NCBI GenBank assembly: GCA_951406725.2
Contig: OX597820.1
Location: forward strand, 68,014,001-68,078,000
DNA from: Octopus vulgaris
Taxonomy: Eukaryota
Direction of reading: 5' to 3'
DNA: 64,000 nt
Positions 41,250 through 54,323 of the stretch are shown one piece after another. Position 1 is the stretch's first letter. The number at the start of each line of letters is the position of its first letter. The notes beneath the pieces were generated by a model. That model saw only the letters and a program-made list of their open reading frames with translations, was not told the origin of the DNA and did not search any database. The translations under genes were made by a program, and so were the position numbers.

Positions 41250-41445
41250 TTTATTCTTTTACTTGATTCAGTGATTTGATTGCGACCACGTTTGTGCACC
41301 ACCTTTAGTCGAGCAAATCGACACCAGGACTTATTTTTTGTAAGCCTAGTACTTATTCTATCGTTTTTTTTTTTTGCTGAACCGCTAGGTTACGGAGACG
41401 GAAATACACCAACACAGGTTGTCAAGCGATCTTGGGACAAACACA

Positions 41446-41539
<94 letters not shown>

Positions 41540-41716
41540 TACACACACACACACATACACACACACACATATATATACGACGGGTTTCTTTCAGTTTCCC
41601 TCTACCAAATCAACTCACAAGGACTTGGTCGACCTGAGGCTACACTAGGAGACACTTGCCCAAGGTGCCATGCAGTGGGACTGAACACGGAACCATGTGG
41701 TTGGTGAACAAGCTAT

Positions 41717-41748
<32 letters not shown>

Positions 41749-41772
41749 ACATACATACACACACACATACAG

Positions 41773-41825
<53 letters not shown>

Positions 41826-41968
41826 TATATATACGCGACGGGTTTCTTTCTGTTTCCGTCTACCAAATCAACTCACAAGGACTTGGTCGACCTGAGGCTA
41901 CACTAGGAGACACTTGCCCAAGGTGCCATGCAGTGGGACTGAACACGGAACCATGTGGTTGGTGAACA
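41250..41968 (-). mobile_element. SINE family A with a locally duplicated head module
   Basis: 41575-41712 and 41835-41968 are near-identical and share private variants (ggacttggtcgacctgaggctacactagg). Confidence 0.85.
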
Positions 41969-42251
41969 ACATAGACGTATGCATACATAAGCGCATGTGA
42001 ATACACACACATACTCACACAAGCGCCAAATGTCTATAACGTAATATATATATATGGTTGTATATACATTTATATATATGTTTATATATATATGCATGTA
42101 TGTATATAAACATATATATACATATGCATATAAATATATATATATATGCATATGTATATATATGTTATATACATACATGCATATATATTTATATGTATAT
42201 ATGTATACATCTTCATCATCATCATGATCATCATCATTCAAACATATGAAT

Positions 42252-42289
<38 letters not shown>

Positions 42290-42320
42290 TTATATACATA
42301 CATACATTCACACATACATA

Positions 42321-42372
<52 letters not shown>

Positions 42373-42659
42373 TTCATATACATACAGACACACACACGCA
42401 CACAAACACACACACAAACACACACACAGTTACGATGGTTCAAAAGAAGCAGCTTTAACATTCTAATTTTATATATAACTTAAATGTTAAAAGGCCTTCT
42501 CTATTACGTTATAGACATTTGGCGCTTGTGTGAGTATGTGTGTGTAGTCACATGCGCTTAGGTATGCATACGTCTATGTTGTAAGTGCGTGAGGAGTCTT
42601 AATACAAAGCCAGCGTCATCGCTGTATACACACACACACACACACACATACACACACAC

Positions 42660-42692
<33 letters not shown>

Positions 42693-43149
42693 TAGATAGA
42701 TAGATAGATAGATAGGTGAGTTTATGAAACTAGCTGGCAGCAATTTCATTTTAAAGGTTAAATTCGCATTCAACTGAACGTATGATGGTTAAAATTTTGT
42801 CATGGCATTTCTCTATGGAATCATGCTTGAAATTACAAATAATGCTTTTACGTTCAAATCCTAACTGGACTTTTAAATATAAGCGAATGCCACTAGGAAT
42901 TACGGGTTCTCTCCCTTACACCTCCCTGGCAGCAGGGTCGCTGCGATATTGTTAGGCAATGGCTACAAGCGAGGGAAAACGACCGAGGCGAAAATATGCA
43001 GTTGTAAATATAATGCAAGTGTAAATCCGATTCATTTTTTCATATCTATTTCTTCCTCATATTTCTTGCTCTCTCTTTTTTAAGTATTACTGATGGTATT
43101 CCCACAAATTTGCTTCTCTAACCTTCGATGTTTTAGGTATGTTGTGCCG

Positions 43150-43805
43150 ATACATATATATGTATGTATGTATGCATGTATGTATGTACGTATGCATGTA
43201 TGTATGTATGTATATATGTATGCATGTATGTATATATGTATGCATGCATGTATGTATGTATGCATGTATGTATGCTTGTATGTATACATATATGTATGTA
43301 TACATGTATGTATGCATGTATGTATGCATGTATGTATGCATGTATGTATACATCTATGTATGCATGTATGTATGCATGTATGTATGCATGTATGTAGGCA
43401 TGCATGTATGTATGTATGCATGCACGCATGCATATATGTATGCATCTGTGTGTGCATGTATGCTTGTATGTATGCATGTAAGTATGTATGCATGCATGTA
43501 TATATGCATGGATGCATGGATGTATGCATGCATGTATATATGTATGCATCTATATATAAATGTATGTATGCGTGTATATAACCATTTATGTATGCATGCA
43601 CGTATATATGTGCGTGTGAATGAATGTATGTATGTATGCATGTATGCATCTATGTATGCATGTACGTATGCATGTATGTAGGCATGCATCTATGTATGTA
43701 TGTATGTATGTATGTCTGCATGCATACATTTATGTATGTATGCATGCATGTCGGTATGTATGTATGTATGCGTGTATGTATGTGTGTGTATGTATGTGTG
43801 TGTGG
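43150..43805. repeat. (ATGT/ATGC)n degenerate microsatellite
   Basis: Directly visible. Confidence 0.95.
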
Positions 43806-43859
43806 TTGAGTGTGCATGTGTGTATGCGCGAGAGTGTCAGTAAGTGAGCGAAAGAGAGA

Positions 43860-44030
43860 GATGGGTAGACTTCTCTCACTTTCCGTTTACCAAATCCATT
43901 CACAATGCTTTTGACCGCCTACGCTATTGTAGACGTCACTTGCACAAGTTGCCACGCAGTAAGACTGAACCTGAAATGTTATGGTCGGCACGCAAACTTC
44001 TTATCACACAGCTACGTTTGCACCTATATA
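43860..44030 (-). mobile_element. Old SINE family A head
   Basis: ttccgtttaccaaatccattcaca..gccacgcagtaagactgaacc. Confidence 0.6.
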
Positions 44031-44209
44031 CATATGTATATATATACATGCACATCGGTGCATATACATACATATAGGTGCATATACATGCATATATACA
44101 AGGAACCTTGACCGTCAAGTGCACAAACCCTCGCTCAAGGCACAAACCCTCGCTAAGGGTACAAACCCTCACCAAGCTTTTCTCTAGTCTACAGGCACAT
44201 ACTTTTTTG

Positions 44210-44540
44210 AAGGAACGTGACCTAGCGGTAGGTTATTCGGCTCGCGATCGTAAGGTCGTGAGTTCAATTCTCGGTGGCGCCCTTTGTCCTTGAGCTAGGC
44301 ACTTTATTTTATGTTGCTCCAGTCCACTTATCTGGTACAAACGAGCAGTTCCTGTATTTCGAAGGGCCAGCCCTGTCACATTCTGTGTCATGCTAAATCT
44401 CCCTGGGAACAACGTTAAGGTTATGCGTGTTTTTGGAGTACTCCGTCATTTATCCGTTTTACGAAGAATTTTACGAAGAGGCTGTTCTGTTGATCGGATC
44501 AACTGGAACCCGCGTCTTGGTAACCTACGGAGAGCCAGTT
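44210..44540 (+). mobile_element. tRNA-derived SINE with CORE-like domain
   Basis: tgacctagcggtagg..gagttcaattct..tgtccttgagctaggcacttta..ttgctccagtccac. Confidence 0.7.
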
Positions 44541-44924
44541 AAGCACATCCATGAAGTGGCTCCATTTATCCTAATCATAAACGGGTGTTTGTGTATGTGC
44601 AAAGACCGAAAAATGAAACAGTTGGTTTAAGAAGAGGGAAATAATTATTTTAAGAAGATTGACAATAACTTCTTATAAGTTCTTTATAAGGTATATGAAT
44701 CAATGAAGAAATGGATATTTGTCGTCAACATAGAAGTTGAGGATGCTTGATATAACAATGTTTCTGAAGTTGAAAATGAACATTTCCGTTTGTATTGCCT
44801 TGTAACCATGTGGTTTCGGGTTCGGTCCTACTCCACGGCACTTGTCAGGTAGAGTGTACAAGTAATTCAAATGTCAAGTTTTATCACTTGTGTTAATTTG
44901 ATTCATCTTGAAAATTGTTTCCCG

Positions 44925-45715
44925 TACATAACTGGTACTTGATTTATTCTTTTCTACTCTAGGCACAAAGTCCGAAATTTTGGGGGGAGGGGGTCAGTCG
45001 ATTAGATCGAACCCAATACGCAACTGGTACTTAATTTATCGACCACGAAAAGATGAAACGCAAAGTCGACCTCGGCGGAATTTGAACTTAAAGTCAGAGG
45101 AAATACCTATTTCTTTACTACCCACAAGGGGCTAAACATAGAAGGGACAAACAAGGACAGACAAACGGATTAAGTCGATTACATCGACCCCAGTGCGTAA
45201 CTGGTACTTAATTTATTGACCGCCAAAGGATGAAAGGCAAAGTCGACCTCGGCGGAATTTGAACTCAGAACGTAGCGGCAGACGAAATACCTATTTCTAT
45301 TTCTTTACTACCCACAAGGGGCTAAATACAGAGGGAACAAACAAGGACAGAAAAAGGGATTAAGTCGATTACATCGACCCCAGTGCGTAACTGGTACTTA
45401 ATTTATCGACCCCGAAAGGATGAAAGGCAAAGTCGACCTCGGCGGAATTTGAACTCAGAACGTAGCGGCAGACGAAATACCTACTTCTTTACTACCCACA
45501 AGGGGCTAAACACAGAGGGGACAAACAAGGACAGAAAAACGGATTAAGTCGATTACATCGACCCCAGTGCGTAACTGGTACGTATTTAATCGACCCCGTA
45601 ACGATGAAAGGCAAAGTCGACCTCGGCGGAATTTGAACTCACAACGTAACGGCAGACGAAATACCGCTAAGCATTTTACCTGGCGTGCTAACGTTTCTGC
45701 CAGCTTGTCGCCTTT
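44925..45715 (-). mobile_element. Young head-to-tail array of 4 SINE family B units
   Basis: Near-identical units of about 185 bp. Confidence 0.9.
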
Positions 45716-45974
45716 GGCACTTGATTTATTGAAGTCATAGTGGGTTCGGGGTGAGTGGCGGAGCTCTTCTCTGGTGCGATAGCGTTTTCTGTTTTTTTTT
45801 TTTTTTAACGCGTGGTTGTCGAAGAAACGGGGCTGACCATGATCTCTGCAGCGCTCCAAGAGCAGAGGCAATGGTAACATTGATGTTTCTCTTGAACCTT
45901 TACAAGTCAACAACTGAGGGAACAACATAAGTAGAGAGAGAACTTTAGAGGGCCGAGGTCCTGGATAAGAACGT

Positions 45975-46224
45975 AACATGTGGTCGTTCGAATGCGGCCA
46001 AACTGGAACACCATCTTGAAGTGCTTAGTTGCACAAATCGACCCTAGTAATTATTTTTTACAAGTCTTTTTATTTCTTCTATCACACCTTCTTTTGCTGA
46101 ATCGCCAAGTTATGGGGACATAAACAAAATAACACCGATTGTGAAGCAAGGAGGAAGGTGCAAATACAAACACAAAGATACACACAGACACAAGCCTCTG
46201 TCTGTCTGTTAGTCCATCTCCCAC

Positions 46225-46299
<75 letters not shown>

Positions 46300-46490
46300 C
46301 TCTCTCTCTCTCTCTCTCTCATACACACACATACATACACATGATAGACTTCTATAGAGCTGTCAACCAAATTTACTCACAGATCAATAGCTGTCCCGGG
46401 GCTATAGAAGAAGACACTTGCTCAAGGTACTGCGCAGGTGGGTGGAACCCGAAATCATGTGACTGTAAAGTGGACTTCTTGACCACTTAG
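45975..46490 (-). mobile_element. Old SINE family A with internal (TTTC)n
   Basis: Diverged 3' half and head (gggctatagaagaagacacttgctcaaggt). Confidence 0.65.
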
Positions 46491-47759
46491 AAAACACAAT
46501 GAGTGAGCTACCGTTTCTGCTCTACATTGTCATTGAAAACTTATCCCTTTCAATTGCCGCCGAAGGCAAGTATGCCTTTCTTCCTGCAGGGCTCAGAAAG
46601 TAAAAGACCCAGCCAAGCACTGATTTGCACTACATAGTATTTGAAACTATATTCTGTGTTCAAATCCTATCCTGGTGAACTATACATTTCAAATTTTTTC
46701 CTGGGGGTCAATATTGGTTTCAATTTAACATTCCAATAAACGAATGGAGTTCTAACGGTCTTGAGTTCTAATATAAGACTAAGAAGATCCTGTTTCAATT
46801 AGTAGAGATGACCAAATCTGCATTATGGACATATTTCGCCAGGATCTTATTTATACCTTGCCCAGCCATATTTACCAGTTGGCTACCAAAAGTATTGATC
46901 ACAAAATTATACATTGTTGCGATGATATACATATTTCAGATGTTAAATTATAGATGTATATAATTCATCAATTAGCAAACCTTCAGATATTTCTCCAATT
47001 TCTGCTCTTTTCTTTGTCACTCACCTTCCTCTCTCTCTCTCTCGCCATATTTCTGTCTTTCACACACTGCGCGCACGCATACATGCACAGACACAGACAC
47101 ACACACACACACACTCTCCATCTCTCTCTCTCGCTCTCCCCTTCTTTCTCCCTTTCTCTATCTCTATCTGTATCTCATGTACACACACTGTCTCTTCCTT
47201 GTCTCTTTCTCCCATTTGTTTTAAGGGATTTCTCAACATGAACAAACATGCCCTACTGTTGATGTAAAAATCTCTAACGAAGAAACAGACAAGCCCTGGA
47301 GATTTTCATGAGGTTATGATTTCTAACTAGCCCCAACTTTGCTTTGATAAGTAGTTTCTTAATACAACAACCAATCAATAATGCTGTTGTGTCTTTTACT
47401 ATGCAATGCGCGTTGTTTTGCTATAAGATCTGTGAATACCCTTGTTGTCTAGCTTAAAGCTGTTTATTTGAGGTTATCAAGTTCCGAATTAGCAAAAGGA
47501 AAAGCTGTGCCCATTTTCATCCGAGGTCATTATAAGTTTTTCTGGCCATTAGATTTGATTGCAAACATGAGTAAACAATACGGCCGGGGGATATATATTT
47601 CATACAACCTATGCTAATGATTAGAGAGACGAGCTAGTGAGTACAGCAGGGATACAGCGATACAACTACTGAAACCAGCTAAACATCAGTATACAATATG
47701 CATACAGCGAAACGCTGCATGGCGAAAACGTTTATATATGATTAAAGAGATTGCTAGCA

Positions 47760-47817
<58 letters not shown>

Positions 47818-48223
47818 GATATATATACATGCATACACACATACATATGTATATATATATATATATAGACATACATACATACACACGTATATATATGTAT
47901 GTGGTGAAAGGTCTGTGCGTGCGTGTGGTGTGTGTGTGGGTGCGTGGGTATTGTACGTGTGTGTACGTGTGTTTGTGAGTGGTGGTGGTGGTGGTGGTGT
48001 GTGTGTGTGTGTGTTTGTGTATGTGTGGTTATATGAAAATGTTGCTTGCTGAATATGATGTCTAATCGAATCCATCCATAGCTTGAACTAAAATACAAAG
48101 TTAAATATACTTTACTAAATTCTAGATTAGTGTTACAAACATACATACACTCATTATGCTTGTACACACACACATACACACGCAGATCCTCACACACACT
48201 CACACACACATACAAACACACAC

Positions 48224-48268
<45 letters not shown>

Positions 48269-48273
48269 CATAT

Positions 48274-48505
48274 ACTCTTTTACTGTTTTACTTGTTTCAG
48301 TCATTTGATTGTGGCCATGCTGGAACACCGCGTTTAGTAGAGCAAATCGACACCAGGACTTATTCTTTGTAAGCCTAGTACTTATTCTATTGGTCTGTTT
48401 TGCCGAACCGCTAAGTTACGGGGACGTAAACACACCAGCATCGGTTGTCAAGTGATGTTGGGGAGGACAAACACAGACACAGAAACATATACATACATAC
48501 ATACA

Positions 48506-48541
<36 letters not shown>

Positions 48542-48677
48542 CATATACACGACGGGCTTCTTTTAGTTTCCGTCTACCAAATCCACTCACAAGGCTTAGG
48601 TCGGCCCGAGGCTATAGTAGAAGACACTTGCCCATGTGGTTGGTAAGCAAGCTACTTATCACACACCTACTCCTACG

Positions 48678-48680
<3 letters not shown>
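48274..48680 (-). mobile_element. SINE family A with an internal head deletion
   Basis: acttgcccatgtggttgg junction removes the B-box segment. Confidence 0.85.
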
Positions 48681-48715
<35 letters not shown>

Positions 48716-48989
48716 CACAAATATACACTGAAAGAGAGGTGAAACAAATGTATACGTGAGTGCGTGAGTGTGTGTGTGTAAACACTTAAAAATTCCAAAG
48801 TTCCAAAATATATTTATTAAAACTGAAACTAACACATTTTGGTCTTTTCTGTTTGGCCACCACTTTTCGATTTCTCCAATTTTGTTCCAACTGATTTCAA
48901 ATTTGGTGTGTGGATGTAGTTTTGTATGCTAATTATTGACATGAAATTCGTTTTCGCCATAAATCAATAAGTAAAGAGTTAATAAAAAA

Positions 48990-49162
48990 GTGCAGCCAAA
49001 CCACATGATTCCAGGTTTAGTTCCACTGCGTGGCTCCTCAGGCACGTGTCTTCTATAGCCTCGGGCCAAACAAAACCTTGCGAGTGGATTTAGTAGACAT
49101 AGACTGAAAAAAAGCCTGCCATATATATATATACATGAATAAATAAATAAATATTTAAATAA

Positions 49163-49237
<75 letters not shown>

Positions 49238-49455
49238 TTTGTGCATGTGTTTGTCCTCCCATCACCGCTTGACAACCGGCGTCAGTATGTTTACGTCCTC
49301 GTAACAGCTGTTCGGCAAAATAGACCGATAGAATAAGTACTAGCCTTAAGAAATAAGTCTTGGTGGCTGATTTTCTCAACTAAAATCCTTCAATGCGGTG
49401 TTCCAGCATAGTCGCAGTCAAATGACTGAAACAAGTAAAAGAATAAAAGAATAAA
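48990..49455 (+). mobile_element. SINE family A
   Basis: Head, (TG)n and tail (gaataaaa)n. Confidence 0.8.
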
Positions 49456-49504
49456 GGTAAAAGATCCGACGCCTCTATCTACCTGTTTATTTTATTTATT
49501 TATT

Positions 49505-49666
49505 TATTTTTTGTTCTTTTCTTCCCTTTTACGATCCCTCTTGATCGAAAACCTACGCCACCCCTTTTTTTTCTTTTGTTTTTTGTTTTCTTCATCCCCC
49601 AAAAGAAAAGCTCTACCTTGTAACTTGTCCCATCTGTGTGCAGCCCTGTGTGGCCAATAAAGAAAC
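49505..49666 (+). mobile_element. Extreme 3' end of a Tx1-type LINE
   Basis: Matches 40310-40449: cgatccct.ttgatcgaaaaccta..aaaagaaaagctctac..tgtgtgcagcc..aataaagaaac. Confidence 0.85.
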
Positions 49667-50249
49667 TTATCTGTTTCTCGTTTTGCTTTATAGCCTCTCT
49701 AACAGTTTGCCTAAATGGTTGCCTATATTTACAGTCTCGTCATCTCTCAGGACGTTTGAACATTAAAACCTGATCCAGCAACAAAACGTAATTTATCTGT
49801 TACACTATTTCGATATTTACTCTTTTGATATCTCGCCATTTAGTTAATATGAATCTCTCGTACTACTATAAACCATATTTAACTAGAAGTAAGCCATACC
49901 GACAATCTTCTATGCTACATACGAAGCGAAAAATCCTTTTGTTGTTGTCGTCTCAGTCCATCCCGTGACCTGGGTCTTGATATACTCCAGATCATTGATG
50001 ACCCCCAACCTTCTATATAGATTTCTATTACGTAATAAAACTTATACCTACACACGTAGATCATGTGTGGAAGCAGCTGTAGCTTATTGAACTGAATATA
50101 GTGAATATTTCCTGCAGATCAACTGTGTGATAAAGCGCAATGCTAATGCTGATAGGCAGGACTTGAATGCCAAAGCTGATCAGAAGGATTTGAACTTGGT
50201 CATTAATCAATGAAATTAAGTACTGCTCGACGTCTTACCATCTATGCCA

Positions 50250-50402
50250 CACTTTCTACTCTAGGCACAAGGCCAGAAATTTTGGGGGAGGGGGATAGTC
50301 GATAAGATCGACTCCAGTACGCAACTGGTACTTAATTTATCGACCCCCAAAGGATGAAAGGCAAAGTCGACCTCGGCGGAACTTGAACTCAGAACGTAAC
50401 AG
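50250..50402 (-). mobile_element. SINE family B
   Basis: Family B motifs. Confidence 0.8.
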
Positions 50403-51628
50403 ACCTGATAATAATGTCACACTTTATTGTATTTTGATAATAGTATAAGGCCAGTAATTTTAGGGAGTATGTGTTAACTTTATGATTAAAGGGGGTGCTT
50501 CAGCATGGCCTCAGTCAAATGACTGAAACATAAAAGAATAAAAGAATATATTTCTGCCTTAAATTTGAATGTTTTCGAAATAATTAGATATTGAAGTTGA
50601 ACAAAGTTTCATATTATGTATTCGAGAAGATTAATAAAGCTCGTTGATTAGTTTTCATTAATTGTGTTCATGAAATATTTTGCAAGAAGGAAATCAATTC
50701 TGTAGATGTTTTCTCATAGCAGCTTAACAAGCGAGATTACAGTATAGCGGGATTAACAACAGATAGGCCAAAAGATAGGTAGCTCAGTAAATCACAAAAA
50801 ACGCACATTTGGTTGGTGCTGATGATTGACAAATCTCAGCGAGAACCAATTGAGAAAGAGGCCAATATGTCGACAATGAAATCTAAATAAATTAAATGTT
50901 TTCCAGACAATGACGGGAGAGTTAAAAAAAAATTAAGAAAAAAATTGAAAAACGAAAAAAGAAACGAAACAGAAAAAATTATCCCAGACATACAAAATCG
51001 TTATGAAATGAAGAACAAAGGCCTCAAACTTGTTAACTGGAATAAATAAAGAAGATAAAAATAAAATTAAGAATGGCACTCAATGAAATTAAGAATAATA
51101 TACAGCTCTCACTAATATGAGTGAACAGTAAATTGAGAGTATGATTATAAAAATACATAAAAATCAACTATAAAAGTTTCTATTAATCCAGCTTGTTTGC
51201 TATAGAAAGTAGAGGCGTAAAGCCTTTAACCCTACCAGTAGTTCAGCTGGTACTTAGAAGCAATACTCTTTGTGTAGAACTTTTGGGTCACTTCCAAAAC
51301 AGCAGGGGGCTTGATATTGTGGCGAACTATAGTAAGAAGCAATAATGCAGATGTTTTGAGAACAAGTGTCGTTTATAGAGTCAGCATGACTTCCCGTTTT
51401 CAATGTCCTCGGGATCCATCCTAGCAGTCGTCCCCGTGTTTTTGTAAGTTTAGTAATGTACGTTACTAATATACATTTAGTAATGCTACGAGTTTATTAA
51501 CTGTATACAATAAGCAATATGATAAACATGTGGTTACTTATAATTTCAGGTTAGGCATAGCTTTGATATACCATTTAGAAATTATCTTCTCTTATCACTA
51601 CCCGCTCAAATGCGGGGGGAGTCTATCT

Positions 51629-51813
51629 TTTGCTTCTCGGCCTTTTGGCTAAGATCAAAGTGTATTATCTGTTCTTAGTTTAATATCTGATATGGTCCCT
51701 ATTTGGGGCCATCGATATTAAACTGATTTTTAGAACGAGGTGAAGTGTTAGGGACTTGCTCCGCCTTTGCCACGGGTTGACCTGGTATTGCAGTGCTTCC
51801 AGGATTCAGCCCC
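51629..51813 (+). pseudogene. U2: U2 snRNA-derived sequence (near full length, non-functional as U2)
   Basis: gcttctcggccttttggctaagatcaaagtgta.tatctgttctt..Sm-like gatttttag..cacgggttgacctggtattgcagtgcttccagg; branch-recognition GTAGTA changed to GTATTA and a 3-nt deletion in stem IIa. Confidence 0.93.
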
Positions 51814-51995
51814 TATTCTTAAGAAAGAGAGCCACTTACTGTAATGTGTTTTCTTTTTGAATGACACTATTGCCCAAGGTTCCCCTGGTCTTTTCTGTAG
51901 GCTTTTCTATCCACGGACAAACCTAATCTGTTTTCCCTTTTTACATTGACATTTCTGTGCTACACGATCCCTATTGATCGTCCCCACTTTATTTT
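51814..51995 (+). mobile_element. Tx1-type LINE 3'UTR homolog fused to the U2 copy
   Basis: Aligns with 40117-40283, including the exact 20-mer tacacgatccctattgatcg. Confidence 0.85.
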
Positions 51996-52748
51996 GTAGA
52001 TAACAGTTTCAGTTGGAGTGCCCACATCAACGATAAGGTCGATATAGCTCCTAGGATGAGCTCTTGGATCTTAGGAACCTTCTGGTCCAGAGAACAAGGT
52101 CTCATCCTTCCACTTTTCTCCTCCTTTGTGCGGCTACACCTCGAATACTGCTGCCCCTTGTGGTTTCCCTATACAAAACAAAACATCTCGAGGATTGAAT
52201 CACCCCAGAGGGCACTCACTAAACGAATTGAAGGCATGGCTGATCTCGATTATTGGGACCGCCTTAAAGCCTTGAAATTCTACTCTCTCCAGCGCCGCCG
52301 TGAGCGGTACATCATTTGTATTCATTTGTGGGGAATATACCGCCAGCATTGCCCAAACGACCTGAACATTAGTTTCAAGGTTCATCTAAGGCTGGGACCA
52401 CGGGCCATACGCCCCTTGCCCAATTCAGGATCACAGTATATAGGTACACTGCGATATAATTTCTTTTCCTCAACAGGACCTACCCTGCTTAACATTGTCC
52501 CGAAAGAGATCAAAGAGGAAAAGGATCTCATCAACTTTAAACGGAATCTGGATAGATTTCTTCAAGGAATACCGGATAAGTCACCCATACGTGGATACAA
52601 CTCACTCAACAAGAACTCACTACTTGAATGGACCATAAACAAAACTTGACTTAAACAGGATTTAGATAATCCTATCAGGTGGTTCTATTAAGTTAGACAT
52701 GACCTGGACCAATCTTTGGTCGAAACATATCTAATTTTATCTAAGTTT
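51996..52748 (+). mobile_element. 5'-truncated CR1-clade LINE (RT C-terminus plus 3'UTR)
   Basis: VDNSFSWSAHI..FVRLHLEYCCPLW..IESPQRALTKRI..YWDRLKALKFYSLQRRRER; short tandem tail tatctaa. Confidence 0.88.
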
Positions 52749-52867
52749 ATATATATCCTTCTTTCTTTCCTTCCTGAGCTTCCAATAACACTATACTTGT
52801 TCCACGTCCTCGCGTTGTTGTGTTTTCTCTTTGTGTTTTCATGTTTGAATTAACTATATATATATAT

Positions 52868-54270
52868 ATTTAAAACAAGATTTTATTCTCATAAGAATTC
52901 TTTTAAATACCCAGAGAATAGAAAGAAAACCAGCCTAGCAAAATATGTCTGGGAACTAAAAGAAAAGGAAGCCCCACCTTTCAACGTGACATGGAGCATT
53001 CTGGACAGGGCGGCACCATACAGGCATGGAGCTTACAAATATAATTTCAAGTGCAGGCTTTGCTTATTAGAAAAAATGCATATATTATTCAAAGACAATA
53101 ATTCTTTGAATCAAAGAAGTGAATTAATGAACTTATGTAGGCACAAGGCTAAATTTAAAATGTCGAATATAAATATACCATATGGATAGAGTATATATTT
53201 TGTATTTTGATTTTTTGATTTTGATTTTGACTCTTGAGAGCTACAACGGACCTATAGCAAAGTCTTATTGTTTCTACATATATATTAGGAAAAACCTACA
53301 AACTTTGTTTTCATGTTATTGTATTGCATAAGATTACCTTGATTATTTATATTACCTTGATTATTTATAAATGACCCAAAATAGGATGTTATATTTTATT
53401 TTATAGGTCTTTCGTATATATTTTTATTAATGCACCCATTTTTTAAAAGCAATGTTTTTTTATAAAAAAAGCAATGTTGTCAAATTTAGAATGTTTATAT
53501 AAGTTTGTGTATAGCAAAGCATATGTATTTGTAAGCATGCGTATCTGTGTATGTGTGAGTGAAAGTATGCTTGTGCTTAAGCACACATATACACGACGGT
53601 ATGTATATGTATCAATTCAAACTTGTGTATGTATACAGGCCTCTATAGATGCCAAATAACATAGCTACAAGTTTTTCCCCCCACCCCTCCTCCGTTCCTT
53701 TTTCTCTCTTTCCCTTTCTTTCGTTCCCCCTCCTTGCTCAGTATATGAGAATTGCTACATAGATGAATTTTAGCTTGCGTGCGAGACGGTTTGCGTGAAT
53801 ATATGTACACATGCTTTTATGTGTATAATTTAGATTCATATTCATACGTCTGTATGTGTATGTATGGCGTTTACGCGCATCCTTTTGTGTATGTTGATAT
53901 ATATATGTGGATTTTAATATAAATATGTATTGCAGTATTTATAACAGGTTTAATTTCTATGCATTAATTTGTACTGTCTTCATTAACGGCAACAGGTTTT
54001 TTCCTCGGTATTTTCCTCGGATTTTATAATTTTTATAAGTTTTTATATATATATACATATATTTTTGACCTTTTTGTTTATCGCTCGAAGATTGACCGTT
54101 TTTTCTAAAGGGCCAATCAAACAAGTCCATTTCTTTTTAAAGGTGTAGCGTTTGTAAGAGTATAGATTGAATTAATATATATGTTCCATTCTAGCAAAAA
54201 CTGTCTGATGAACGGCAACGAGAAACTCAGAGTAACAGATTTTGTTGAATTTTCTGCTGCTTAAAATAAA

Positions 54271-54271
<1 letters not shown>
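52868..54271 (+). mobile_element. 5'-truncated Penelope-like element (Naiad-like GIY-YIG C-terminus), long 3'UTR, terminal hammerhead
   Basis: FKTRFYSHKNSF..TSLAKYVWELKE..VTWSILDRAAPY..CRLCLLEK..LNQRSELMNLCRHKAKF; (TA)n on both sides. Confidence 0.8.
54201..54238 (+). ncRNA. Minimal type I hammerhead ribozyme
   Basis: ctgt-CTGATGA-acggcaacga-GAAA-ctcagag-TA-acag. Confidence 0.8.

Positions 54272-54323
<52 letters not shown>

Noticed and set aside
44925-45715. Regularly spaced repeats resembling a CRISPR array
   Set aside because: Units are whole SINE bodies of about 185 bp with no unique spacers, there are no cas genes, and the context is eukaryotic.
51560-51830. Functional U2 snRNA gene
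   Set aside because: Branch-recognition sequence mutated, stem IIa deleted, and the downstream flank is LINE UTR rather than a recognisable 3' box.
53190-53400. SECIS element after the Naiad-like ORF
   Set aside because: The ATGA..AAA..GA candidate near 53370 lacks a stem of the required length.
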